This document shows positions 50,926-60,508 of a stretch of 64,000 bases of DNA, in pieces. The notes under the pieces were generated by a model, which saw only the letters and a list, made by a program, of their open reading frames with translations, made no database searches and was not told the DNA's origin. Position 1 is the stretch's first letter, and the number at the start of each line of letters is the position of its first letter. The translations under genes were made by a program, and so were the position numbers. This DNA is from Deltaproteobacteria bacterium (GTDB taxonomy: Bacteria; Desulfobacterota; Desulfomonilia; UBA1062), in assembly GCA_015486075.1 (NCBI GenBank), contig WFSG01000032.1, positions 13,794 to 77,793 of the forward strand, given 5' to 3'.

Positions 50926-51915
50926 GTGATGAAGATGCCAGGAATTCTCATATATGCAGAAGTACAGAAAGGCGAAATCAAGAAGGGAGCATTCGAGATT
51001 ACAAGTAAGGCCAAGCAGCTTGTAGGAGATGTAGGTGGGGAAGTCGCAGCCTGCATCATTGGAAAGGATGTGGAGGGTCTTGCTTCAGAATTGGCCAAGT
51101 ATGGGGCTGATAAGATATTCATTGTTGATGGTCCCGAGTTTGAAAACTACGTTCCTGAGGCGTACGTGCAGGCATTTGCACAGGTAGCCTCCCAATTTAA
51201 TCCTTCCATAATACTCACAAGTGCGTCGGCTCAGGGTAAGGATTTTACACCTGCACTTGCAGCAAGGTTGCAGGTTGGTTCCATATCCGATTGCGTTGAC
51301 CTCTCTGTAAGCAGTGGAAAGCTTGTTGCTAAAAGGCCTATGTATGCAGGCAAGGCATATGCCATGGTAGAGGCGGTAAAGGAACCTCAGATTGCATCTG
51401 TACGTCCAAATTCGTTCGCTATAGAAGAAATAGCCGGTGCTGGTGCAACTGAGAAGGTGGCTGTAAGCCTTGATTCTTCAAAGATAAAAATGGAGGTAAA
51501 GTCGCTTGAGCTAGCTGCATCAGAAGAGCCTGACCAGACCGAGGCTGAGATAATAGTATCTGGTGGACGTGGGATGAAGGGACCCGAAAATTTCAAGATA
51601 CTAGAAGACCTTGCCCATACGTTCGGTCCTACGGCTACCACGGGTGCCTCAAGGGCAGCTGTAGATGCAGGTTGGAGGGACCATTCTTATCAGGTGGGCC
51701 AGACAGGAAAGACAGTAAGCCCCAATCTCTACATTGCATGCGGTATATCGGGTGCGATCCAGCATCTGGCTGGAATGGGCACTTCCAAGGTCATCGTGGC
51801 CATAAATAAGGATCCAGAAGCACCTATATTTACAAAGGCTGACTATGGAGTTGTGGATGATCTCTTCAAGGTAGTACCGCCCCTGACTGAAGAGGTAAAG
51901 AAGATCAAGGGCTAA
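50926..51915 (+). CDS. etfA: Electron transfer flavoprotein alpha subunit.
   Basis: N-terminal ETF domain. C-terminal FAD-binding region ([19 protein letters not shown]). Confidence 0.85.
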   Translation: MMKMPGILIYAEVQKGEIKKGAFEITSKAKQLVGDVGGEVAACIIGKDVEGLASELAKYGADKIFIVDGPEFENYVPEAYVQAFAQVASQFNPSIILTSASAQGKDFTPALAARLQVGSISDCVDLSVSSGKLVAKRPMYAGKAYAMVEAVKEPQIASVRPNSFAIEEIAGAGATEKVAVSLDSSKIKMEVKSLELAASEEPDQTEAEIIVSGGRGMKGPENFKILEDLAHTFGPTATTGASRAAVDAGWRDHSYQVGQTGKTVSPNLYIACGISGAIQHLAGMGTSKVIVAINKDPEAPIFTKADYGVVDDLFKVVPPLTEEVKKIKG

Positions 51916-51994
51916 GTTTTCTGCTTAGATAGATAACAAAAGGGGTGCCGTAAATGGGGTGCCCCTTTAATAGAGGATTCAGGGGGGGGGCTAT

Positions 51995-54112
51995 ATGGAT
52001 GTTTCAAAGCTCATAACAAGGCAGGTTTTCTGGAATCTGGTCGGCAAGGGTTTCCCGGTTGCTCAGGTCGTTGTTTATATCATAGCGCTTGTGGTCATAG
52101 GCTTATTCTTCTGGAGCCTGTCACGTAGCGGTTTTTTTACCAGGTTCAAGATGTGGAGGCTTGCCACGGGTACGGATGTGGCCCGGTTGGACAAGCCATG
52201 GTCTAGGTTCTGGTATGCTGTTGCCGACGTATTTGCGCACAGGAAGATCCTTAGAGAACCTTATCAGGGCATATTCCATTTCTTCATATTCTGGGGTTTT
52301 TTCATTCTATTAATAGGTACGGCAATAGTTGCCTTACAGTCTGATATAGTAGAGCCCATATGGCATGTATGGTTCTGGCAGGGTGATTTCTACCTGTGGT
52401 ATTCGGTGGTAACCGACATTGGCGGTGCCATTGCCATAATTGGTGCTTTGATGGCCCTGGCTAGGCGGTATTTTTTCAGGCCCAAGTGGCTTGATAACAG
52501 GCCCGAGGACATATACATACTATGGTTCATAGTAGCTGTACTTGTAACTGGTTTCCTGGTTGAGGGGCTCCGCATGCAGGCCACAGAGGTGCAGCCCGGT
52601 AACCTCATGCACCCCTACGTGTGGTATTCCCCGGTGGGACGGCTTTTTGCCTACATGTTCGCTGGCATGGGCATACCAGCGATTAAGGTTACTCATAAGG
52701 CACTGTGGTGGACCCACATGGCCCTTGCTATGTTGTTCATAGTTTATATAGCATGGTCAAAACTACTTCACATGTTTGTGACCCCTGTAAACATATTCTT
52801 AAGGAACAGGACAGGACAGCCTCACCTGAAGCTTATACCGCCGGAGGCATTCGAGACTGCCGAGACATTTGGTGTCCATAATGTTGAGGAATATTCGTGG
52901 AAAGATCTCTTCGACAGCGAGGCATGCATGCGCTGTGGCAGGTGTGTCGAGGTATGCCCTGCCTTTAATACGGACAAACCTCTTGCGCCTAGGGATGTGA
53001 TACAGGATATTAGGGAATACCTGGAGAAAAAGGCCAAGTTTGCCATTGATCCAACCAGTGGGCAGGCAAGGATAATACCTGACGAGGAATATGAAGGGCC
53101 GGCTCTTATAGGTGATACCATCGAGAAAGACACCATCTGGGCCTGTACCACGTGCATGGCCTGTGTTGAGGCATGTCCTGCATACATTGAACAGTTCCCC
53201 AAGCTTATTGATCTCAGGCGTTACCTAGTCATGATGGAGGCAGATTTCCCGAGTGAAGTGCAAGAGGTATTTAAGGGCATGGAGAACAACTCCAACCCGT
53301 GGAGTATTGGCGCACATACGAGGGCTGACTGGGCAAAGGGTCTGGACGTACCATTGATGTCTGAGAAAGGACAGGCCGAGTACCTGTTCTTCGTGGGGTG
53401 TGCCGGAGCATTTGACGATAGAAACAAGAAAGTTGCAACTGCCCTTGTTAAGCTGTTCAATGCGGCTGGTCTTGACTATGCAATCCTTGGAACCGAGGAA
53501 GGATGCTGCGGTGACTCGGCAAAGAGGATAGGTAACGAGTACCTCTATCAGGCCCTTGCTCAGGCAAACATAGAGACATTCAAGGCCTACAACGTCAAGA
53601 AGATCATTACCATGTGTCCTCATGGCTATAATATTCTCAAGAACGAATATTCAGAACTTGGTGGTGATTATGAGGTATATCACTATATCCAGATATTGAA
53701 TGATCTCATAAAAAGCGGCAAGATAGAGCTAAAGAAACCTGTGGAGGGATTAGGCACCATTACGTACCATGATTCCTGCTACATTGGGAGGTATAATAAA
53801 GTTTACGATGAGCCTAGGGATGTTATTCGTTCTCTGAACTCTGGCTCGCTCGTAGAGATGAAGAGCAACCGAGAAAAAAGTCTGTGTTGCGGTGCAGGTG
53901 GGGGCAGGATGTGGATGGAAGAGACACTTGGCACTAGGATAAACCAGAAGCGAACCCAGGAGGCAATAGATGCAGGTGCAAAGACCATATGTACTTTGTG
54001 CCCGTTCTGCCTGACAATGCTCTCCGATGGCATAAAGGAACTGGAAAAAGATGAGGAGATGCAGGCATTTGATATATCTGAGCTCGTACTCAAGGCAGCA
54101 GGGATTGAGTAA
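51995..54112 (+). CDS. Membrane-bound haem-b/FeS oxidoreductase: N-terminal polytopic membrane domain, a 2x[4Fe-4S] ferredoxin domain, and two CCG (HdrD/GlpC-like) cysteine-rich domains. Candidate ETF:menaquinone oxidoreductase.
   Basis: Five or more hydrophobic helices in the first roughly 270 aa. CMRCGRCVEVCP and CTTCMACVEACP. CCG-type motifs (FFVGCAG, TMCPHGY, CCGAGGG, CPFC). Lies immediately downstream of etfBA. Confidence 0.8.
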   Translation: MDVSKLITRQVFWNLVGKGFPVAQVVVYIIALVVIGLFFWSLSRSGFFTRFKMWRLATGTDVARLDKPWSRFWYAVADVFAHRKILREPYQGIFHFFIFWGFFILLIGTAIVALQSDIVEPIWHVWFWQGDFYLWYSVVTDIGGAIAIIGALMALARRYFFRPKWLDNRPEDIYILWFIVAVLVTGFLVEGLRMQATEVQPGNLMHPYVWYSPVGRLFAYMFAGMGIPAIKVTHKALWWTHMALAMLFIVYIAWSKLLHMFVTPVNIFLRNRTGQPHLKLIPPEAFETAETFGVHNVEEYSWKDLFDSEACMRCGRCVEVCPAFNTDKPLAPRDVIQDIREYLEKKAKFAIDPTSGQARIIPDEEYEGPALIGDTIEKDTIWACTTCMACVEACPAYIEQFPKLIDLRRYLVMMEADFPSEVQEVFKGMENNSNPWSIGAHTRADWAKGLDVPLMSEKGQAEYLFFVGCAGAFDDRNKKVATALVKLFNAAGLDYAILGTEEGCCGDSAKRIGNEYLYQALAQANIETFKAYNVKKIITMCPHGYNILKNEYSELGGDYEVYHYIQILNDLIKSGKIELKKPVEGLGTITYHDSCYIGRYNKVYDEPRDVIRSLNSGSLVEMKSNREKSLCCGAGGGRMWMEETLGTRINQKRTQEAIDAGAKTICTLCPFCLTMLSDGIKELEKDEEMQAFDISELVLKAAGIE

Positions 54113-54151
54113 AGGAACGGATTTTATTAACTGCTCCTGAATTTTCTTAAA

Positions 54152-54186
54152 GGGGGAGGCAGAATTGTCTCCTCCTTTTATTTCGG
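54152..54186 (+). terminator. Candidate intrinsic terminator after the FeS oxidoreductase gene.
   Basis: GGGGGAGG-cagaattgtct-CCTCC hairpin followed by TTTTATTT. Confidence 0.4.
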
Positions 54187-54211
54187 GGTAATAGGGAGGG
54201 AGCGTTCCGTT

Positions 54212-54979
54212 ATGAGGATAGCATTTCTTTTGTCTAAGCATTCTATCTGGAAAGAGCTGTCGCTTGGCATAAAGGATAGGGATAGGGACAAAGAGGTTGT
54301 TGCGTACGAGCTTGGAGACTCTGAAGGCCTGAAGAGTTACGTGGCCATAACCAGATTTTTCTCAGATGAAGCAGAGGGATTTGACTTGGTGCATAATTGC
54401 CTTGGTGCACGTGCACTCATGTTTTCCCGCTTTGTTTCAACCCCTGTATTGACAACCATAGAAAAGAATCCATCTGAAGAAGAAAGTATGCTCTACAGGT
54501 CTTTGGGTGGCTACTACGTGGTAATATCAGAGGACCTCACAGTGAAGGGCCTGGATTGCACTGTGATAAAGCCGGGACAAGCTGACATGGTGGGATCCTA
54601 TATCAGATTGTATGAGAGAATAGTTAGCGCAAATGCACGTGAGGACCACAGACCATGGGGATATTACGAGGTTCTCTCTGATGATAAGAATGATCACAAG
54701 GTAAAAAGGATTACCGTATGGCCTAGAAAAAGGTTGAGCCTTCAACTACACAAAAGAAGGAGAGAACACTGGGTGATTGTCACAGGCATGGCCAGGGTAA
54801 CCCTTGACAGGGATACACTAGACCTAGGGCCTTCCCAGTCAGTAGACATCCCTATTGGTACAGCCCATAGGATAGAGAATATAGGCAATATTCCCCTTGT
54901 ATTTATAGAAGTACAACTGGGTGATTATTTCGGAGAAGATGATATAATAAGGCTGGAAGACGACTACGGGAGGGTCTAG
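54212..54979 (+). CDS. Cupin domain protein resembling the C-terminal mannose-6-phosphate isomerase domain of ManC, with an unknown N-terminal domain of about 130 aa.
   Basis: PWGYYEVL...KVKRITVWPRKRLSLQLHKRREHWVIVTG...IENIGNIPLVFIEVQLGDYFGEDDIIRLEDDYGR matches the type II PMI cupin. Confidence 0.6.
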   Translation: MRIAFLLSKHSIWKELSLGIKDRDRDKEVVAYELGDSEGLKSYVAITRFFSDEAEGFDLVHNCLGARALMFSRFVSTPVLTTIEKNPSEEESMLYRSLGGYYVVISEDLTVKGLDCTVIKPGQADMVGSYIRLYERIVSANAREDHRPWGYYEVLSDDKNDHKVKRITVWPRKRLSLQLHKRRREHWVIVTGMARVTLDRDTLDLGPSQSVDIPIGTAHRIENIGNIPLVFIEVQLGDYFGEDDIIRLEDDYGRV

Positions 54980-54999
54980 TAGGGGGGATACAGGGGAGG

Positions 55000-55251
55000 A
55001 TGGAGAAGGTTAGACTCCACAGGCTTTTAGTGGATACTGCAAGGGATATTGGCATAGAGATAGTCGAGGACAGGTTGAACCGGAGGGGTGGGACTTGCAG
55101 GCTTGATGGTAAGACCTATGTAATATACGATGTGAATGCCTCCCTTGCAGAAAGAAACCAGCTTCTGGTGAAGGCCATCTGCTCTATGGACCTAGAGAAC
55201 CTTTATCTTCCACCCAGGGTTAGAGATATTATCATGCAGGCTGAGAAGTAA
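55000..55251 (+). CDS. Hypothetical protein (83 aa).
   Basis: ORF only. No family recognised. Confidence 0.3.
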   Translation: MEKVRLHRLLVDTARDIGIEIVEDRLNRRGGTCRLDGKTYVIYDVNASLAERNQLLVKAICSMDLENLYLPPRVRDIIMQAEK

Positions 55252-55414
55252 CCTGTTTAGACATTCTATCCATACCCTTATCAATAAACCTTTCTCCTTT
55301 GTTATGACTTAATCCAGTCAGTTGGGTATGTCACCATAATTGTGGCCTTTGCAATACCTTTATATATGGGTGCCCTCAGTTCGCTTATTTGTCTAAGGTT
55401 ACCACCATCCCTGT

Positions 55415-56203
55415 CTATTTTGCCAGCAGACCTCCATCCACAGGTATTATGGCGCCAGTTAGGTAGTCTGATGCCCTTGATGCGAGAAATACTGCAAGTG
55501 CCTTTACATCGTCCTCTTCGCCTGGCCTGCCCAGGGGTACCTGGGAAAGCGTGGCATCTAGCATGGGTTTCATCTCGGGTTTCCATAGGTATTTCATCAT
55601 GTCAGTGTGAAAGAAGCCAGGTGCAATTGCATTCACATGTATGTTGTATTTAGCAAGTTTTACCGCCAGGTTCATCGTGAGAAGGTTGATGGCTGCCTTG
55701 GAAGAGTTGTAGGCTATCGCAGGATGTACCTCTTCAAACGCACCTCTGAAAGAGTAAAACGAGGATACATTTATTATCTTGCCTCCTCCTCCCTTTTCCT
55801 TCATTATCCTTGCCACATCTTGGGTCAATATCCATACTCCCCTTACGTTCACGTCAAAGATCATGTCCCATTTATCAAGAGGGTATTCCAAGGTTGGTGC
55901 ACCCCATGTAACCCCTGCATTGTTTACCAGTATATCGATGGTCCCATATGTTTTAACCGCAAAGTTTGCGAGATTGTGTATATCTTCCTCCTTGGACATA
56001 TCGCACTGGAACGGGTAGCACTTAACTCCAAGGGCTTCCAATTCCTTTGCCGTCTCTTCTAGGTTTCCCATTTTCCTTGACGCAATAACCAAGTCAACGC
56101 CGGCCTCTGCAAGTCCTTTTGCTACGAATTTCCCAATGCCCCTGCCGCCACCTGTTATAACAGCAATCTTGCCCTTGATGTCAAACAGATCGTTTACGTG
56201 CAT
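55415..56203 (-). CDS. Short-chain dehydrogenase/reductase (SDR, FabG-like).
   Basis: TGGGRGIGK cofactor motif. NNAG. Catalytic YNSSK. Confidence 0.85.
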   Translation of the reverse strand: MHVNDLFDIKGKIAVITGGGRGIGKFVAKGLAEAGVDLVIASRKMGNLEETAKELEALGVKCYPFQCDMSKEEDIHNLANFAVKTYGTIDILVNNAGVTWGAPTLEYPLDKWDMIFDVNVRGVWILTQDVARIMKEKGGGGKIINVSSFYSFRGAFEEVHPAIAYNSSKAAINLLTMNLAVKLAKYNIHVNAIAPGFFHTDMMKYLWKPEMKPMLDATLSQVPLGRPGEEDDVKALAVFLASRASDYLTGAIIPVDGGLLAK

Positions 56204-56471
56204 GGTAACCTCCTTGAATGGTATTTTTTCTATCAGGTTTTTATAAGTTTTATTTGTTTACAGAATATTACATGTTCTTGGCCTTATGTACAACCGTTTA
56301 AGATGCTGGCATTGGATTTCTTGTTCTAGAATATGAAAGAAGCTAATCATACCAGTTGGAGTATATCTAAACTTTTCTATTATTCAGGCTTATCCCCGTA
56401 AGATGATGATTATGAAGGTAAGATTGTAGTTTCTGGGTTTAGTGTAGTATTTAAGTGGTATAAGCAGGGTC

Positions 56472-56957
56472 CTACTCCAGGCTCCTTAGGTAGCCGAACT
56501 TCTCATCCAATAGTCTTTCTATCGCAAGTAAAAGTTCGTCGTAGAATTCGTTTAACTTGGAGGTAATCTCCCTCTTTAGGATATCATCCTCTCTTTTTTC
56601 TAGGTTACCAAGTTTAGTAACTTGCTTAAAGTGCTCCAGTAGGCCTTGGTTATTATCTTCAAGGGAAAGGCCTTGGCCAAGCATGTCTTTTATCATTCTT
56701 CTGAGCTCTGTCCTGGATACTTTAAGTGACCATGCTATTAATTCGGGAATAATATTACGAATTCCTTTGCCCGACTTTTCAATCTCTATAAGTATTTGTA
56801 ATATGGTGAGTACTGTGATGTCTTTTCCAGAGGTGTTATCTAGTATCTTGAACCTTACCTTATTCTTCATCAGGTCTGCAAGCTGGTGGAGTGTGACAGG
56901 CATGGATGTATTGGTATCATACATGATGCGGTTTCTGTATTTTTTTATGATCCTCAT
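56472..56957 (-). CDS. phaR: PhaR-like regulator (PHA synthesis repressor family, PHB_acc_N DNA-binding domain).
   Basis: N-terminus IKKYRNRIMYDTNTSMPVTLHQLADLM...KILDNTSGKDITVLTILQIL matches the conserved PhaR N-domain. Confidence 0.65.
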   Translation of the reverse strand: MRIIKKYRNRIMYDTNTSMPVTLHQLADLMKNKVRFKILDNTSGKDITVLTILQILIEIEKSGKGIRNIIPELIAWSLKVSRTELRRMIKDMLGQGLSLEDNNQGLLEHFKQVTKLGNLEKREDDILKREITSKLNEFYDELLLAIERLLDEKFGYLRSLE

Positions 56958-57132
56958 AACCTACACCTAATATAGCGTTTTCTAAAACCATAGTATTATG
57001 CAGTGCACAAGTCAAGTATTAGTTATTCTTGGCTTGGATGGCCTATCACCAGAATCATTTCTTAAAGCACGGTTGACATGGAAATAGCCCATGGAATAAG
57101 CTTGTTAATGCTATGACTCCTTCTGGTATGAA

Positions 57133-58296
57133 TTGCTTAGTACGCGGGGCACTTTCATGAGACGGGTAATTAAAGATGCATTTGTAACAGGCATTGCAGG
57201 TTTGTTTGTTCTACTCGTCATACTTGTGGTCTTCGGTGTCATGGCCAGGAATGGAGACCACACACTAGTAAAAAGGCAGACATGTTGCTCCATCGACAGA
57301 GACAATCTAAGAAGGATTACCCCTAGGTCTATAGATAGGTATAAGCTCACGATTGATCCAGGACTTCAGGGCTACATAAGGGACATGGTTAAAAGGTATA
57401 GGGTAAAGTTTTCAGCCATATGTGTACTTGATGGCATAACTGGTGATATTCTTGCACTTTATGGTAAGCGCGAGGAAAGGGAAGATTGCACGCTTGCACT
57501 TGACACCTATCTTGCTGCAAGTCTTTTCAAGATAATAACATCGATTGCAGCAATAGAATATGCGCATTTGAGCCCACAGAGCGTCTTTACATATAATGGG
57601 AAGGCACATACCCTTTACAAGTCTCAAATTGATCATCATAGAAACAGGTGGACAAGGGTTACAACACTCTCTAGGGCATTTGCCCTCTCGAATAATGTGG
57701 TTTTTGCAAAGATAGGGCTTTCACGCCTTGGTGCTGGTCCGTTGCTTTTAACTGCCATGAAGCTTGGTTTTTGGCAGTCTCCACTCATAGAATGCAGATG
57801 CGAGCCAAGCACCATACTGGTGCCTGAGAATAATTACAACATAGCTGAGCTGGCAAGCGGGTTTAACAGATATACACGTATATCCCCAGTGCATGCAGCC
57901 CAGATTGTAACAGGGCCCCTTAACCACGGTTTCATGGTAAGGCCTAGGATAGTAAAGGGGCTACCTTTAGAGTCTATACAGGTGATGGACAGCAGGACAT
58001 CTAGGTATATACTGGAAATGATGAGGCAGACCGTAACTAGGGGGACAGTATCATCTGCATTCAGGAGATACCGTTCAGACCGTGTACTGAGGCGGTTAAC
58101 AATTGGTGCAAAAAGTGGCACTATAGACGGAAAGGATCCAGAGGGCAGGCGCAACTGGTTCGTTGGCTACGCTAAGGACAGACGGACAGGAAGGGAAATA
58201 TCCATTGCATGCCTTGTAATAATAGACGACTACTACTGGATAGAGGCAGACGATCTTGCTAGAATGATTATAAGATATTACTTTTCTAAGTATTAA
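57133..58296 (+). CDS. Membrane-anchored penicillin-binding-protein-like transpeptidase domain protein.
   Basis: N-terminal TM helix. SxxK (ASLFK), SxN (LSNN), KSG (GAKSGT) motif triad. Confidence 0.6.
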   Translation: MLSTRGTFMRRVIKDAFVTGIAGLFVLLVILVVFGVMARNGDHTLVKRQTCCSIDRDNLRRITPRSIDRYKLTIDPGLQGYIRDMVKRYRVKFSAICVLDGITGDILALYGKREEREDCTLALDTYLAASLFKIITSIAAIEYAHLSPQSVFTYNGKAHTLYKSQIDHHRNRWTRVTTLSRAFALSNNVVFAKIGLSRLGAGPLLLTAMKLGFWQSPLIECRCEPSTILVPENNYNIAELASGFNRYTRISPVHAAQIVTGPLNHGFMVRPRIVKGLPLESIQVMDSRTSRYILEMMRQTVTRGTVSSAFRRYRSDRVLRRLTIGAKSGTIDGKDPEGRRNWFVGYAKDRRTGREISIACLVIIDDYYWIEADDLARMIIRYYFSKY

Positions 58297-58364
58297 ACAT
58301 GTTCATTCATGGAGAAGCCTGATCTTGACAGGTCATAGGCCCTGTGATAGCTAAAGCCCTAGTG

Positions 58365-58441
58365 CGGGACGTGGCGCAGTCTGGTAGCGCACCTGAATGG
58401 GGTTCAGGGGGTCGGAGGTTCAAATCCTCTCGTCCCGACCA
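58365..58441 (+). tRNA. tRNA-Pro (anticodon GGG), CCA encoded.
   Basis: Acceptor CGGGACG/CGTCCCG, anticodon loop ATGGGGT, T-arm GGAGGTTCAAATCCTCT. Confidence 0.85.
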
Positions 58442-58483
58442 TGTGATATATCGTGGAGTAAGGGTAAGTTGAGGAGGTTGGAT

Positions 58484-59092
58484 GTGACTTTTCGTAAGCG
58501 CACATATGACAATCTGGTCGATTTCTTTCGTGATTTTTTTGAGTTCATCCTAAATAGCCTTGCCTATGTAAGAAACGCAAGTAATAGGCGTGTTGCACAG
58601 GACCTGAGAGAAAAGCTCATGGTGGCAGTGAGTGCTGTACTTTCTTGCAAATATTGCACTTGGCTTCACAGCGAGATGGCCCTTACTCATGGCGTGGACG
58701 AGACCGAGATACAGAAGCTCCTTTCAAGTGAGTTAGGTGATTTCCCTGAGGAGGAGTCTGTGGCATTGGCCTTTGCCCAGCATTACAGTGAAGCTGGTGG
58801 TAAGCCCAACGAGGATGCAAAGGTAAGGCTTTTCAACTACTATGGCGATAAGAAAGCAAAGGATATCTTAAGTTACATACAGATAATATACTTTGGGAAC
58901 CTTGCGGGTAATACCGTAGATGCTTTTCTTGACCGCATGAGGGGGCAACCGGTAGAAGGAAGCAATCTGTTTACAGAGATCGTAATCTTCAGTTTTGTTG
59001 GGCTTTACTATCTTGGTATCCTTCCTGCCCTTGCGCATGTATTGGGTTACTTTAATACAAGGAGGCAAAGGAGCATCAAGGGTACGCTATAA
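58484..59092 (+). CDS. AhpD-like / carboxymuconolactone decarboxylase family protein.
   Basis: C-x2-C-x3-H motif (CKYCTWLH). Start placed at a GTG 6 nt after GAGGAGG. The longer ORF from 58397 would overlap tRNA-Pro. Confidence 0.6.
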   Translation: MTFRKRTYDNLVDFFRDFFEFILNSLAYVRNASNRRVAQDLREKLMVAVSAVLSCKYCTWLHSEMALTHGVDETEIQKLLSSELGDFPEEESVALAFAQHYSEAGGKPNEDAKVRLFNYYGDKKAKDILSYIQIIYFGNLAGNTVDAFLDRMRGQPVEGSNLFTEIVIFSFVGLYYLGILPALAHVLGYFNTRRQRSIKGTL

Positions 59093-59166
59093 TGTTCACG
59101 ATCATGGCACTAGACTTTTACTTACTTAATGCAATGGGAATAATTTAATAAAAATAGGAGGCTGTA

Positions 59167-59604
59167 ATGACTAGAAGACTTCGTTTTGCCTCAATCTTGC
59201 TCTACATAATATCAGTTGTTGCTATCCTGTATGGATTTGTGTACATGTTCACACCAAGGATCATGCCTTATCATGAAAGGTTTCTTGGCGTTAGCCAGGA
59301 TAAGCTTGATCCAAAGGTTGTTTTCTTGATCCTTAGCCTACTCAAAGGTGCGGGTGCTGCATCTATTGCCATGGGAGTAGGCCTGGCCATGCTGGTAAAG
59401 GGGCCTTTTTCAAAGGGAGATAACTGGGTACGGTGGACCATATTCATTATGCTAATTCTTGCCCTTGTGCCTGTGATGATCATAGCACTTGGTATTGGCA
59501 TGTATACCCCCTGGTGGTTGATAGGTATATTAATAACCCTGGTCATAATTGCCATGGTTATTTCCAGGCCCGAGGTTGAGAACATACATGAAGAAGACGG
59601 TTGA
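59167..59604 (+). CDS. Hypothetical 4-TM membrane protein.
   Basis: Four hydrophobic helices. No family recognised. Confidence 0.45.
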   Translation: MTRRLRFASILLYIISVVAILYGFVYMFTPRIMPYHERFLGVSQDKLDPKVVFLILSLLKGAGAASIAMGVGLAMLVKGPFSKGDNWVRWTIFIMLILALVPVMIIALGIGMYTPWWLIGILITLVIIAMVISRPEVENIHEEDG

Positions 59605-60076
59605 TATCAGCTTTATTAGCTTATGGTTGGCAATAATTTTGCTTGCTAGATAGCATGTAAGCCTGTGCATGGGTTAAATCACTTGACATGCATCGTTTTA
59701 TGGTTTTAATTATTATTTTATAAACAGTGATTGGTCCTTGTATCTGCATGTCTTAGGAGTAATGCCTCGGTAGAGTAGATTCCGGATCGGTCTTGCAAAG
59801 GTTTAAGGCAGAAAATTAGGCTATGGGCTCCCTTTTAGCAGAGAGGTCTGTCGCAATTCAGGCTAATCACCCCATATGTTTAGTTGTTATTACAGTATCT
59901 TGGGAAAGGGAGTCTTATTACAAAGAAGTATGTCTACCGGAAATCATAACTGAATAGCATAAGATGCTTAGAAACCTGTTGTCCTTTTTTCTGGGTGATC
60001 ACAGTTTCTAGAGGTTGTTTTCAGTGTCGATTTTAGGTAGCAAGGCTTAATCTATCTCAATGAGAGGGGAAACAAA

Positions 60077-60508
60077 ATGGCAGAGGCAAAATTAGGAGAT
60101 AAGGTAAGGGTGCATTATACTGGTCTGCTTGACGATGGCACAGTATTTGACACCTCGGTTGGCAGGGAACCATTTGACTTTACCATAGGTGAGAATACGG
60201 TTATACCTGGGTTTGAGAATGCAGTGGTTGGTATGAAAGTCGGGGACAAGAAGACAATATCAATATCAGCTGGAGATGCATATGGGGAATATATGGATGA
60301 TCTCGTGGTGGTTATAAACAAGTCACAGATACCACCGGAAATCGATGCAGAGGTTGGGATGGTGTTGCAAGTGAAGTCAGAAAATGGCAGTTCCACCTAC
60401 GTTACCGTGACTGATATAACAGGTGATTCCGTAACCTTGGACGGCAATCATCCTCTTGCTGGCAAGAGTCTAACATTTGAGATCGAGCTTCTAGAGATTG
60501 TTGATTAA
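60077..60508 (+). CDS. slyD: FKBP-type peptidyl-prolyl cis-trans isomerase (SlyD-like).
   Basis: VRVHYTGLLDDGTVFDTS...IPGFENAVVGMKVGD FKBP core with an IF insert. Confidence 0.85.
   Translation: MAEAKLGDKVRVHYTGLLDDGTVFDTSVGREPFDFTIGENTVIPGFENAVVGMKVGDKKTISISAGDAYGEYMDDLVVVINKSQIPPEIDAEVGMVLQVKSENGSSTYVTVTDITGDSVTLDGNHPLAGKSLTFEIELLEIVD

Noticed and set aside
58397-58483. Longer version of the AhpD-like ORF starting at 58397.
   Set aside because: It would overlap tRNA-Pro (58365-58441). A GTG start with a strong GAGGAGG site 6 nt upstream at 58484 gives a sensible N-terminus.
59105-59121. TGGCAC-containing sequence as a sigma-54 promoter candidate (and several other TGGC/TTGC near-matches, e.g. 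9580-9600).
   Set aside because: The GG/GC dinucleotides are not at the required GG-N10-GC spacing and the -12 element is missing. No convincing sigma-54 promoter was found despite four EBP genes.
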